From assembly GCF_964204865.1 (NCBI RefSeq), contig NC_135251.1:30070001-30134000 (forward strand): a stretch of DNA of 64,000 nt. The letters are read 5' to 3'. Origin of the DNA: Styela clava (lineage: Eukaryota). Positions 26,801-40,028 of this stretch are shown piece by piece. Numbering within the stretch: the first letter of the stretch is position 1; every line of letters starts with the position of its first letter. The notes beneath the pieces were generated by a model that did no database searches, was not told where the DNA came from, and worked only from the letters and a program-made list of their open reading frames with translations. The position numbers and the translations under genes were made by a program.

Positions 26801-27943
26801 GTTTTGTCAACCTCATAACTGAAACATAACAAAATTTGACACATGATGAATTTCATAACAATAAATGAAAAATAGATAATAAAATGTAGCCACCTGAATT
26901 GGCTACTTTTTCTCAACTGTAAAGCCAACCCATGAGTGCCGCAAAACATGTCACATATTAGTTACTTAGAGATAATGAAGCTGAATACCTCGTCCAAAAG
27001 AAACAAATTTTGCACACAATACCAGAATATTATAAGTTTATACACGGCAAGTAAAAAAAGATCAGAAACCCTCTAGCTGGTTAAATTTCAAGAGATTGTG
27101 AGATTACACAGCTTATTTCTGTAGTTGGAGAAGCATTGAAAATTTTGTATTGATTGAAGGATTAAAGAAAGAATGCTTATATAGCTGTACAACTGGCGGC
27201 GGTGTGGCTCAACGGGCTAAGCGCTAGGAATCACTCGCCACCGCACCTCTAATTACAGAATTACTCTGCGTGGGTTCGCAGGTTCGAATCCCATGCGGGG
27301 ATGTTTATGTGCGAGAGGATTGCTGGACTCCTCGCCGTCGTTGGGTGGTTCACATAACCGCTGGTCGGTTACGGCTACCTCCACCAGCAAGTCCATGCTT
27401 CCGAAAACGAACAATATAACTAATCCCATACCAGACTTGGAATGGTAACCGGACGAGAGGCCATGGTTCGCCATATGGATAAGCCGTCTTATCGGCGTTC
27501 CTCTTCCCCGAGATAAATATGTAAACCCTAACTGTATATTGGGTAACACTTTCGCTGTTGGATGTTTATGAGACTGCTAGTCATGTATGGCTGTACAGGT
27601 AAACTCGAGTATGATTAGATCACATATTGCTGTATTGGTTGACTTATGTACCAAATTATCCCCTGCACGGGATTCGAAACTGTAAACTCATGCATGATAA
27701 TCTGAGGTGTAGTGGCAAAAAGTGTTGCGGTGCACCACACCGCTGTTCGAGTCAGCAAGTAGACTAGACAAGTTCTACTGCAGTACTGTGTTTCTTATCC
27801 TCCTTGCCGAGGCAGCAACAATGCCCTTCTGTCAGTGGAAAGTAACGTGTAACAGTATCTAAACATTTTTGACTACCGATTCATAAAACCAGAAAAGTTC
27901 AGTCAACATTACCTCTCAGTGCCAGAATGTGTTCTTTATCCAT
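23812..27943 (-). CDS. TRAPPC13: Trafficking protein particle complex subunit 13
   Basis: 10 in-phase exons: 27943-27913, 26818-26711, 26500-26385, 26142-26018, 25818-25704, 25521-25394, 25147-24958, 24662-24562, 24220-24073, 23907-23812. [74 protein letters not shown]. Confidence 0.95.
27195..27535 (+). mobile_element. tRNA-derived SINE in TRAPPC13 intron 1
   Basis: A box at ~27204, B box at 27281. Same family as 15941-16294; decayed copies at ~345-620, 27655-27745, 28810-29050, 49245-49445, 56570-56690, 60175-60435. Confidence 0.85.
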
Positions 27944-28061
27944 TGCAACTTATCTGAGATAGGCTATCTCCCATCGGCTAAACGATCTGATTCCAAGTTT
28001 GCTACCAAACTGCACACCTTAGAATGAATCAGAGATGGAATTTACCACAGCCAATATGCTG

Positions 28062-28525
28062 ATAAAACACTCAATTTTTTTTTTTTTTTATAGATAAAAT
28101 AATAATATAAATCATAACATACAGATGAGACAGTATAAATTCCATAACAAATATTGATCACTTGTATCCATATTGTAGCATACCGGTATCCATTGTAAAT
28201 CCCATTTGTTGTCATCATCAATTATATGTTCCATGATGCCATTTACCATTATTTTAATTAATGCATGAAAAAGAAAATCTTAAGAATTAGTTCCACTTCA
28301 TTACGATAAACACTTCTAGTCATATTTATATATATTTGCATAATAAATCAAGTTCTTCACAATAATTAGGTAAATTTCTCAGTCCTGTAGTCGTTCTATA
28401 TTTCTCCTACACTTTATTGAATTTCTTATATTATTGACTACATTATTCACTCTTGGCATTACATTTTCAAAAATCACTCAATTTAACACTCACTCTATTT
28501 TATTATTATATAAAACACTCAATTT
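28062..28525 (-). mobile_element. 5'-truncated non-LTR retro-insertion with poly(A) tail and ~16-bp TSD
   Basis: ataaaacactcaattt at 28062-28077 and 28510-28525 flanks a ~430-bp insert that begins with a T15 run (poly-A on minus); TT/AAA junction on the minus strand. Confidence 0.7.
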
Positions 28526-29284
28526 AACAGAAAGTTGGACTGCTTGGGCCTTCGACATCGATAGTTGGACAACAATCATCTATGGCCACTAGCTATGAAC
28601 AATTTTTATTTATTAGTTTTTATTAATTATTTTATCATATGTTAGTCGTTGTCTGTTATGCTGATTATAGAGTCGAAATAAACCTATACTTATTATCAGA
28701 AGTCTTTCACTTTCAAAAACGGGGTTGATTGAAATCATAATAGAAATGTAGTGAGGCACAAATAAAAATCAGTAGAACATCATATTGTTTTCACGAGTAA
28801 TCTATATAAGTTAGGCGTTGGGGATATGTTCGCCACCGCGTGGGTACGAATCCTGCGGAGGATAATTATGTGCGAGAGGATTGCTAGTTCACGTAACCTT
28901 CCTACAACTCCCTCCGCCATCAAGTTCATGCATTTGCAACAAATATATGACTAACCAATTCCATACTCGACATAGACTGGTAACCAGACAAGAGGCAGTG
29001 ATTCGCCATATGATTCAGCCGTCTTTAATATGTAAATACTATCCTATCCTACTAGGGTGGAATCCAGATGAAAGCAATTAACAGCATATTCACATGTGCG
29101 AAAAAAGTAACGAACATGACAGTCAAGAATGTAGCTTGATTAAAAATCTGAGCAAGTGATTTTCATTATTAAAATTCCTGTTAGAACAAGAGTCCAATTT
29201 ATCTAATAGGGAATTAAATATTGACGCGAGACTTGAAGCAGTTTATTGTATGTTTTTAAGTTTGTATGTTGGTTTGATGACAGC

Positions 29285-29510
29285 ATATTTGCACCCGTAA
29301 ACTGCACCCATGACGCACCTGTATTTATATATATTTGCATCTATGAATATTTGCACCCACGTACAATTGCACTAGCGAACATTAGCACCCTCGAACAATT
29401 TCATTTATGGACATTTCCACGCATAGACATTTGTAATTGTATCCATGTATAGTTGCACCTGTGCTCATTTTCACCTTTGGATATTTGCACCCGCAGCCAT
29501 TTTCACGCGC
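29285..29510. repeat. Degenerate ~20-bp-period ATTTGCACC repeat tract
   Basis: About ten variants of atttgcacc(c) at roughly regular spacing. Confidence 0.55.
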
Positions 29511-30867
29511 GATTATTCTTGTTTTAGGCAAAGTTATATTTTCTCATTATTAAATATATTTATTAGGAATTAAGACAGATTACATATTGTAATTGCACTC
29601 ATGGCTACTTTCACAATCTTTTTTCACTGTCACCACGCGTTATAATTCTATCGATACTAAAATATATTGACACGAAAGCAAAAAACGTAATACGGGTATG
29701 CAATCTGCCACAATAGACTACGCCACTACGGTACCTGACCACTAAAGAGAAAGCGGATCCGTCACGAGGCAATTTTAAATCCCATAGAGCGCACAGTGAA
29801 TTTAGGACTAAATAAAAGTAAAAGCCTTCTAGAAAAACATACAACCTTTAACCACCAAAAATTTCAAAAGCACATGGCCCGTAAATGAGAAAAGCGATAC
29901 TTGCATTTGTCATTTCCTACCCCCCTTGCCTACGTCATTCAAAGAAATATGTCACCGCGACCTCAAAACCACGTCAATACGAGAAGGATATCTTGCTGGC
30001 TAGTGAGTTCATTGTCGCAGACGCCAGTGAGCGCGATCGTCGCTATACTTTGACAAGCTCTATTACGTGATTGTGACGTACATATTGTCAAAAAACGGAC
30101 GGCTTATCGAGTGAACCTATTAAACAAACATCCGGCGTTTTTCTTATCATTTGAAATGAATAATTTTATTATCACCAAAAAAGGAACTTTGCCTCGAATT
30201 TCAGTTATTAAAATTTATAAAGTATTTGGTTTTTACAGCAAAAAGCTCAACGTACTTGAATTGTATTTTCTATATACCAATTGTCTTTTAAACTGTCAAC
30301 TGATCAGTGTTGAAGAGACCCAAGTCAGTGAGTCATTCACGGTTGCCTATGAAAGCCACTATAATTTGTTAACTCGAAAGAGCAGCGATTCGGTATGAGG
30401 CTCAGGAGTCTATTTAGTGAATAGACTTGATGTAAAACTGAATTTTTAAAACTTGTTGGGACTCTGACCTCACTCGAGACTCCAATGGCCCTTGAGTGGC
30501 GAAACACGACTCGGAGATTGTGGACTTGTACCGGACACTGGAATTGACTCAAGCTTAACTAAACGTTGGGACCCATTTGATTTCAGCAATAATTTAACTA
30601 CCATGAACAAATTTTATTGTATATCATTTTAATTTTAATCGACACAAAAAATAACTTGTTTTAAAATTCTGAATCCCATCACTAATCCTCTTCCACTTTT
30701 GCCTATGGCAGTTATCTTCTTTTAACGAAAAACCGCGAGCGCATTACATCAGATTTACGGTAGCGTCTGATTAGTTGGCCACAAATAAAGTCATTACTTC
30801 AGAGTTAGCGTATTGCACAAGAGAAGCGTCAATAAGGGGAAAAACGTAGAGGAAGGTGGGCCTAGGC

Positions 30868-31507
30868 CAGGGGTGGGCAACCTTTTAAAACAAAAATACA
30901 CAATAATAAACCTTCTAAACATGTAAGCTACGGACAGATTCACTATTCGGGAAAATATCAGCCCGGCAAATAGATTTGATCACTTTTCTTATTCTATATA
31001 AGTGAGATTTCTGCTGCTGCATTACCGTTGCTAAAGATTTACATTGGAATTATATTTTGTAACTTTCAAAGAAATATACGAGAGACTACTGGTTATATTT
31101 CTTTCGAAATAAATTTATTTCAGTAAGTTAGCAAATAACTCTAACCAACATGAGCTGTACAACTTCATAAATCAATCAGAAATGAAGAAAAATGGTGTCA
31201 CAGACTATATATATAACTATATATTACGTAACAATGAACCACCAATGAATGCTGTGTCCCATCACAATTCATCAAGAGCTAACTCATTTGTTACGTCATA
31301 ATATATTTCTTTGTAGCTATATGTCATGAAAAGACAAAAAGAGTTTAAAATTTTAAATGAATAACAGATTGTTAACAAACGATAATGAATAAACAAACAC
31401 CGAGTTTCATCAGATAAATCAGAGCCTCGAAACTTTTTATCTGAAAGAGAATGATCTCGTTTCTGAGGCTTCGCTCGCGTGCCGAATAAATGGGTTGCCC
31501 ACCCCTG
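30868..31507. mobile_element. hAT MITE
   Basis: TIRs caggggtgggcaacc / ggttgcccacccctg; perfect TSD gcctaggc. Confidence 0.9.
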
Positions 31508-31641
31508 GCCTAGGCCCCAGGGGCACAGTGGAAAATCAGCTCTCACACTCATACTATATCCGGAATCCGGTCTGCGGTTGGATGTTTGAATCCGCCCTTC
31601 TGTTAGTTACAACGTCTCCGCAAATGGACAACGGCCTTGTG

Positions 31642-32599
31642 CAGGGGTTCCCAACCTTTTTATCTCAATTTCCCACTTCCAATTAGGCTGAGTTGGTATT
31701 TCCCATTAGATATGGACTTGTTTTAAAAAGACTAATTTCCTTGTCAATAATAATTGGTATGTCTTTCTATAATAAAGGCTTGCAATTGGTGTAGAGGTTG
31801 AAATCTCGTGAAAATATTTATTCCGCCGTCTAGCATCCCAAGACAGTGACGATCCGTTTAAAGAAAATCAGTGTTATCTATCGAATAGAGAAATTCAACG
31901 CTTAAAATTACAAAAAACGCATCAAAGTTTACATTACATTACACCGTTCATATCAATTCTGCTGTTTTTTTTATATGGTAGACCGGAAGTCTATCTTTGA
32001 AAATTCGCATTGCTATTGGACAAGGAGATCCGTTCATTTTTGGCGCGCAGACTTACTCGGCAGAATACCATCACACTCCACGAGACAAAGTTTTATTTAT
32101 GTCCCACCGATGTTATGGAATTTTTGGTTCTTGCTATTCAGAGGACATCTATATTTAGATAAGCCATTACCTTTTATTAACAATTTGGCAGAATGGGGGG
32201 ACGGGTCAAATATTTGTTCGCCTACCCAATACTTCTGAGACATTTGAATAAAAACTGTTCTTTTTTGCGCCTCTGCGACGAAAATCTTCTTGCGTAATGT
32301 TCAAAGCTATTGGTGCTCGTTTGAGGCATGCCTTCGAGGTTGTTATCGGCCGACCAAAGATCAAAATGAGTTGCGTAGCACGATCAGAATATCATGTCCA
32401 ACAACGTGATATTTTACTAAAGTTTTGATTAATTGAATAGGAATCTTTTTCCGCTTCATGGCATATGTTGTGATTTTCATTGTGTAATATTTAATAATTG
32501 TGTTGTTGTGCGTACATTTTGAGAGGAGCATTAAATTTCCCACCTGCAACCTCCAAATTTCCCACTAGTGGGAAATTTCCCACCGGTTGGGAACCACTG
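31642..32599 (-). mobile_element. Decayed hAT (Buster/ZBED5-like) element
   Basis: TIRs caggggttcccaacc / ggttgggaaccactg. Frameshifted minus-strand remnants (QEDFRRR, IART..FHNIGGT*IKLC, ISLSN) resemble Buster transposase IAKxKKPHTIGE..IPLSN. TSD not evident. Confidence 0.7.
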
Positions 32600-35589
32600 T
32601 TGTAGAGCGACGCAAGCTATGAAGTGAAATTGGTTTTAGCGGGTTGAAAGTTTGAAACTAAAATTTCACTTTTCCAGTTTTTTCTCTTTTCTGCTATAGC
32701 CTTTTCAATATGAAAAACCACCGTCTGATATTTTTCAGATTTAGTCCACTGTACAATAATATTCATAACGTTGACGAGTGAATGTTCGTTACTAATCTCG
32801 CCGTGGGACAGTCTGAAAATATTTGTTTCCTATGGGGAACAATAGCCGGGGTTCACTGGGACATGTTTACGGAATTCTTTGAAAAAAATATTTTGGTTGA
32901 ACATTGATTACAAAAATATTAAATATCGAAATTTGAAGTCCCCCTGTTCTTCGGACGATTATTTACTTATTTTTAAGGGCATACTTCGTTGAATTGAACA
33001 GAATGTGCGCCAGGGTTTGTCCGAATGTGCCCAACAAGGTGAAAAGGTGGGACGCTTGACAAAGGTTTTTCAAGGCATGTTGGTGGTAGGATGTGTGTCT
33101 CAAGGAAATTTCTTAGTCGCCGAATAAAAACCACATTCACCACGCTCTGTATTAGTCCAGCAAAGTGAAATGAATGTGTAGTAGAATAAACGGCTCAAAA
33201 TCTGCAACAACAAAAAATGTCCCAACCTTTCAAACTTTTCCCTACATAAGCATAAAACGAGCAACGATCTTGACTTGGTGTAAGCAAGCTTTATGTCGAG
33301 CAAGTTGTTTGATCTATTTTTCCCACGTGTTATTTTTACGTCGAAATGATGTCAACTGTTACTTGCTGTTTTTCATTTGGTTAGCGATTTTGACTATACT
33401 AGGTTGATGAATGAAAATCTGAGTTCGCATTCATTACAAGTCATAACAATGGGATGTCCGTCTCTCGGCGTCAAATATCAATAAAATATATTTTGCTGCG
33501 AATGTACAAGGAATGTTGGTCGGTGCAATCTAAATGAAGGTGCTAATATCTCTTGGTGAAAATATCGGTTGTGCAGAAGTATGCAGGCGCAAACATACGT
33601 GGGTGCAGAGTTAATGAAACCGCTGATGGTACCGTTCAGTAATTCTAAGAAAGTCCCTAATTCAAACAACTTGACATTGTTAATTTTGAGTATTAGTCGT
33701 TATCTTCACGTGTTTTGAATTGAAATCACTAAATTTGGATCACTTCTTGAAAACATAGTACCAGAACGGTCTCATGATCAAAGATATATTTGTTGTGTTT
33801 ACAATGGTGAAAATTCCCGCCTGTTTTATATCTAAGTGTTTCACATCTTCAAATTTTATAAAGTAAAATACACCCTCTTAGCCTCCTAACAGGCCGAATG
33901 TTAATCTCATGTAATTTGCAGTTCGCGATGTTGGTTGATTAACTGCCAAAGCTTTTTAAAATATTCTTTTAAATTTTGCATGTTATTTTTTTACTGGATG
34001 GAAAAAATAAACTTGACCATGACTATCGCTTGGTTTTTGCGCTTTCGCCTACGTAAACCCTATGACCTATCCTATATGGTTGTTTTAGAAGAAATCGGTG
34101 CATAGGGGAACATTTAGTTTTAAGTGATCATAGTTTTTTTGTGCTTCTGTCTTTATCAAATATTTATATTATCTTTCCCACGGCATAGCTCCACATATTA
34201 AGCTCCCACCTATAACCCACCCCAAATGCGGGAGACAACTGTTCAAATCCAAGGGCTTGCTACTTAGATTTTGTAATGTCATAAAGCTTAGACGCCTACG
34301 AAAGGGAGAGATTGGTAAGTCTACATCGTCGAACTTGCCAAATAGGCAGTTTCTATAGTTGACAGAACCGCCCGATCAGTGAAACGGATCTGACTTGGTC
34401 ATGGAAAAGCAATTAGCAAGATCAGCGGCGCGATATGCGATTAACGCCCATATTTTATTTTAACAGCAATCCCTGAGGCGTTCGGCTCCATTACGCATGC
34501 ATGGCGAATGTTGTTCGCCGTCTCTCCAGGCCATAATGGTGCGCATGCCTGCGCGATCGATCACTTTTGGTCGCACAAGCTATTGTTCACGTCTGAAGTC
34601 GGTTTGTTTTCATTTCGTTGGTCCTGAGGTTGCGATGTATTTCGGAAGCGCTTCTCGGACTTTCTTCGTTTGTCATACCCTGCTGGAATCATTCAGCCTT
34701 AGTGATAGACCGCGTCACTGATTTTGAGTAAAGCTGACTATAAGACGACAGAGCAGGTTGGTCGTGAATAGGAAATAAGTATTCAAGGCCTACGCAGTAT
34801 ATTTATAACGTATGCTTGAATATCTAGAAATGTGAATAATGTGCTGAGTAATGTAATCCATTTCCTCATTCTTGTGAGTTCAGGTTGGAATAGCTGATAA
34901 GACCAGGCAGACGAAAAGGCAATTGATAAAATAGGACATCATTGGCAATTCGCGTGGCTGTCAGAATAATACATTTAGATACGTTTCATTTCCAATATCG
35001 TCATGCAATTTCTAAGCAATGCCCCAACGACTGTGACGGGATAGGGTTCACGAATATTATCAATATTCATTTTACAGCACTGGCATGTATGAGAGATGTA
35101 TGTTTTAGCATAAAAACATTGTGTTGATAGCCTTTATATAGTTGCATATCGATGATAACCGAGACCGCAATTTTTTAACCTCGTCAGTATGGTATACAGG
35201 AATTACAGTTTTCGTATTTAATATGGTCGTGGATATTACCTTCGGGTCTCACAGCCAAGGATGGTGCATGGAAAGCTATACAAAATAACGCGGAGGAAAT
35301 TGTGTTCAGTATTAACACAATAGAACCGACGAGACAACTTCGTTTCCTCAATTTCCGTAAACATTAATACCAATAATAAAGTCAGTCATGTTTTTGTACG
35401 TTCTATTTGTGGGACTTTTTGTGCGTATTTAAAAGCTATTATGCTTTTTAATTGGTATAATTGAAAATCTTTTAAATTTAGCTTTAAATTTTGCTGTTAT
35501 TATTTGCGGAGAACAACGAATACTTCATATTTATGTTACTTGCGCTGAGTTGCGCCCTATATGAAATTCTCGTTTCTGACTTGTTTCTA

Positions 35590-35959
35590 CCGTGTTACCC
35601 CGGAAATAAGACCGGGTCTTATTTCAAATTTCTTTCGAAAAATAACACGAGGGCTTATTTTGGGGGGGATGTCTTGTATTTACATTTATTAAAAACAAAG
35701 TTACAAAGTATAGAATTACGAGATTTTCAAATATACAAAATGTAAAGACCGATATCCATTTAATAAAAATAACACGTTCTCGACTCTCACACGTTTTAGA
35801 TTAATTATTTAAAACGTGTAGGAGAGATTTCTTGCTATCGACTAGGTAAAAAAAAAATCTTAAAGGTCTTATTCTAGGAGGAGGGATTATACTAAAATCA
35901 TTTTCAAATTCAGGTTAGGCCTTATTTTCAGGCTAGGTCTTATTTTCGGGGAAACACGG
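35590..35959. mobile_element. Tc1/mariner-pogo (Tc2-like) MITE
   Basis: TA-flanked TIRs ccgtgttaccccggaaataagacc / ggtcttattttcggggaaacacgg; second copy at ~54418-54804. Confidence 0.8.
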
Positions 35960-36120
35960 TAGTTTTTGATTTTTAGAATTGCGTTTCGTTAATTCCGCGG
36001 TTTCGAATGATTTTCTTAAACTTATGGCTTTTGTTTCTAATTTTCACAGTGAATGTCAGCTTTTAACTGGTAGGCCTATTGCTTCATGTTCAGCAGTAGT
36101 GTTAGTTGAAATATAGTGAT

Positions 36121-39100
36121 ATGGAGAAGAACGATAAGCCTTCAACTGAACAACAGCAATTGGCTTGGAGCCAAGAAATTCCAAATTATGGAGACAAACT
36201 GCTTAAGCGTTTGGAAGAATTTCGAAAGACTACAATTTTGTACGATGTTCGCGTTCGCGCTGAAGGCGGAGAATTCAATGCTCACAAAATAATTCTAGCT
36301 GCTTGTGGCGGAATGTTCAGGTTAGATGATTAAGCAGTTAATTGGTAATTTTCTTGTTCAATGACTATTTATTACATTTACAGCGGAAATAATCGTGTTG
36401 TTTACGATGGCCGCAAAGGAATAATTAACATTATTTCGTTAATATAGAGCTTAGAACAGGCGATTATTATATTTCAAGTCTTAAAATGCTCTAATTTGGA
36501 TACTGGGATAATAAATTGTTGCGAAAGATACACATCTTGAATTTTACACTTCGAATAAATGTGTTGTTCACTTCAAAATTGATTCCTTTGAGGTTTTGTT
36601 AACAAACCCGCATATCTGGTTTGTAAACTTGCGCGGATTCCACAAATGAGGTAATTAAAATTCGAGACTGATTAACTTCATGAATTCCACCCGAGATCAT
36701 TAAATTGTTAATTCCCAAAATATAAAAGTCTCGTTTTATTTTTTTTAAATAGAACATGTTTCATCGACGAAAGTAAAAAGATGATATCCAGTTCAATAAC
36801 GGAATTGAAACTCAATTGCCCAGCACAAGGCTTGAAACCGATAATAAAGTTCGCCTACACTGGAGCATTAATTGTCACAAAACGAAACGCTGTGGCAACA
36901 ATGATAGCTGCTGAAGTAACAAAGATGAGAGAGGTATGTTTATGCATTTGCTAAGTAGCACTTTTTCAGGCGCTGTCTTGAATTGATGTTGAAAGTTGAA
37001 AAGGATCATCATACATTGACAATAATTTACAAACAGTAACAGCGAGTCTTGCTTGCTGAGATAGCGCGGTTAAAAGAATTTAGTATGCCGAAATATGATA
37101 CATACATTTAGTATAGTAGGCGGTCAAGAAATAATTTCAAAAATTAGTTGTTTTATGGGGTTTTAGTCGAATGCATACTTATACTTTGCGGATTTGCTTT
37201 GGAAATTGTTGAACGTAACCATGTGGTTCTATGAACTGGTTTTTATTATACATACTCGTTTCAATTAGAAATCATTTTAACGGATCATACGTAATAGTGA
37301 TGACTTCAAACATGCATCCGCGACAGTTATACCATACAACACCATTATAGGATTACAAAGCAGTTCGGTTTATCAGTTGTTTCAAGTGAAATCCATTCGT
37401 TGGAACCAGGGTAACTGGCTCTGCATTGTTTAACATTGCTCGTATAAATGACTTTCACAACATGATGAGCTTGTGCGTCTGGATCAGATTGCCATCAATG
37501 CGTGACTCAACTATCACATCATAAAGCGGCGTGAATGGATGTTTCCCGTAGCATCGATTATTTTGTTTATTTCTGTTGTAGTTGCTTAGACACTTCTTTC
37601 CCTCAAGGTGGTTAAATATATTACGTGGTTAAATATATTAAAAAATGAAGGTTTTGACCATGCAAAACAGTTTGTAAACGTTAACTCTTCAAAACACCCT
37701 TGGAATAAGTATCAAAACTTCTGCTGAAGTGCCTGGGAATTTTTCTGGTGCCAACTGCCAAGGATCGTGGAAACGTCCATAGTTCATGGGCTTTATTGGT
37801 CGATCAATGCCCATGGACCTCAAAGAGGGGAACTCGTTGTTTAAATATAAAGCCGTGTCTACTGAAGTATTAGAACAAATGGGGCGAATGTCCGTCCAGA
37901 TGGATAAATTATGATATTCGTTTAAATTTTATACAGCTACTACGCAAAACAACAGAGCAGGGGTCGGGAACCCATGGCTCGCGAGCCATATATGGCTCTT
38001 TTGGTGACGGCATATGGCTCCCAGAAAAATCTGTTATTCTAAGATTAAGCTTACTATTGTTACTAGACTTCAAACTATTTTATGGCCAAATTTGGCAAAA
38101 AATTCCCAATGCGTTTGAAAACGCGGGCCCATCGCATGTCTATGTTATGTAAGAGAATTACCAGACAGGCATTGTGACAAAACATGGGGATTCTGGAACA
38201 TATATTGTGACATCACAAAGCGATAGAGTTTTAAAATACTACGGAGATGCCTAAACGAAAAAGGGTGATAAGTATCGTATATTTCAACTTGGGCTGCATG
38301 TGAGCAACCGTTCAAGGCCCGCAGCAACAACATGCAGCATCAGAAGTCACATTAAATGTATAATGACATAGAATGTGTTGACTTTTGAGTAAACTTTTCA
38401 GGCCTGATTAAGTGAAGAAATGTTATATGGCTCGCATGGAAATGCAATTGAAAATATGTATATTTTAGGGCTCTCTTGACCAAAAAGGTTCCCGACCCCT
38501 GCAACAGAGGGTTAATTGAAATTAGGAATCTGGTCAAAATAATGTAACAAAAAGATTATTAATTTCCTTCAGGTTCAGGAAATTTGTGCCGACATTGCAT
38601 TAAAAGAATATGGATGGATTATATCTTTCACTGACGAAAAGAATTCAGCCGTTGTTGAAAAATTACAGAACGTGTTGTCTGCACACGCATCCTGTTTCAA
38701 GAGTTTGGAAGAAATTGCTGTCGCACAATGGGATGATAACAAAAATCTACCATTTTTAGAAGATATAAGAAGTAGTTTTCCCGATTCTGTTGAGACTTAT
38801 CAGAAACTTGCGGTATGTTTATCTGGAGCCCGCACACTGATTAATAACAACACTAAATCCAACGAGGCACCAGACGCGGAGTCCGAAAATTCTGGTAAAA
38901 ATGTCAGTGAACCGGTTTTGGAGGCAAAGAGTCCTTTAAAAAGAGTAGAAATTGAAGAACCCGTAACTAATGGAGCACCCGATAATGTCGACTCAGGAAA
39001 ACCACAAGTAACGCTGAACAATGAAAAAGAAATATCGACTCAACAGATTTCTCCAAAACCGGCTGATAGTGTCAAAAATGTACCTGCCTGGCCCCCTGTG

Positions 39101-40028
39101 AGAAAGCCTCGATCATCCGTCAAGACAAAAGCCGCACCGCCGCCACCTTCACCAAGACAGCGGGAAGTAGCACCAAAGTCTCCTGCGGCTCTGCCGCCTC
39201 CTCGTCCACAAAAGCTACCGACAAAAGTTCCGCCTCCGAGACCAAAACCACCAGCGGTGAAAACGATTTCAGTAAGTTAGCTAGTAAAAATTAGTTCGAA
39301 ACCAGCATTTTGACAAGACAACATTACGAAAATAAGTTCAAATTACATTTGATACATGAGCATATTTGTTGCATTCGAAATTTGCGTATCAGCGATACAT
39401 GCGTGGTATTGATGAATAGTGATTACTGGTATGGAATCATTGTACCAAGGGTTTTGCCCTTGTGAGTTATTTTAGCAATTAAAATTTGATTCAGATTTCA
39501 AAATTTTCACTCTGTGTAATTCCAGAGTAACTGATCAGAGAAATTTTGAAACCCTGTTGCCGACATCCTCAATGCACTAGGCCTACTGTTAAATTTATTA
39601 TTTTCAGAATCGATTGTGGTATTGATACTTGGGCAAAAATCCCCCTGTTAGCAAAACGGAAATTAATTCACGCTCGAAGCAACAGGGAACTAAGAACAAA
39701 ATTAAAAATAAAATGTGAATGTCTTGACAAGGTTTGAATATTTTGGTATAAAATCCTGACCCAATAGGGTTCTGGCAATCTGCGCCCAACACTTTTGATT
39801 TTTGATATTAATTACGAGAAACCAATAGCATATAAAAATAAAACCACCATCTTGGAGCCAATTCGAACTAGCGTAGGTTAATTTTAGAAATGTTTCTGAC
39901 GTTTAGGACAACGTGATAATGAATGGAACGCTAACGTTATACTCATGCTTTACCAGGCTGAAGACGGAAACTCTTCCAACAATGATGCGGAAGTCGATTA
40001 CGACGACAGCTTGAACCCGTTTGCATAA
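36121..40028 (+). CDS. BTB/POZ protein with Pro-rich tail and C-terminal acidic NPF motif (no kelch or zinc-finger domain)
   Basis: Exons 36121-36320, 36753-36933, 38573-39271, 39957-40028. BTB motifs LYDVRVRAEGGEFNAHKIILAAC and IIKFAYTG. The donor GTAAGT at 39272 joins in phase to an exon preceded by CTAAC..ctttaccag, giving AEDGNSSNNDAEVDYDDSLNPFA*. Unspliced read-through would stop at 39280. Confidence 0.85.
37958..38501. mobile_element. hAT (Charlie-type) MITE in BTB gene intron 2
   Basis: TIRs caggggtcgggaacc / ggttcccgacccctg; perfect TSD caacagag. Confidence 0.9.

Noticed and set aside
27195-27300. tRNA gene
   Set aside because: A and B boxes are present, but spacing is too long, no clean cloverleaf is evident, and it continues into a repeated body; it is a SINE head.
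29285-29510. CRISPR-like array
   Set aside because: Short degenerate 9-10-nt motifs in eukaryotic DNA, no unique 30-40-nt spacers and no cas genes.
34300-34800. GC-richer segment with short ORF 34497-34721
   Set aside because: No recognisable protein or RNA motif; it may be a promoter or TE fragment but cannot be supported.
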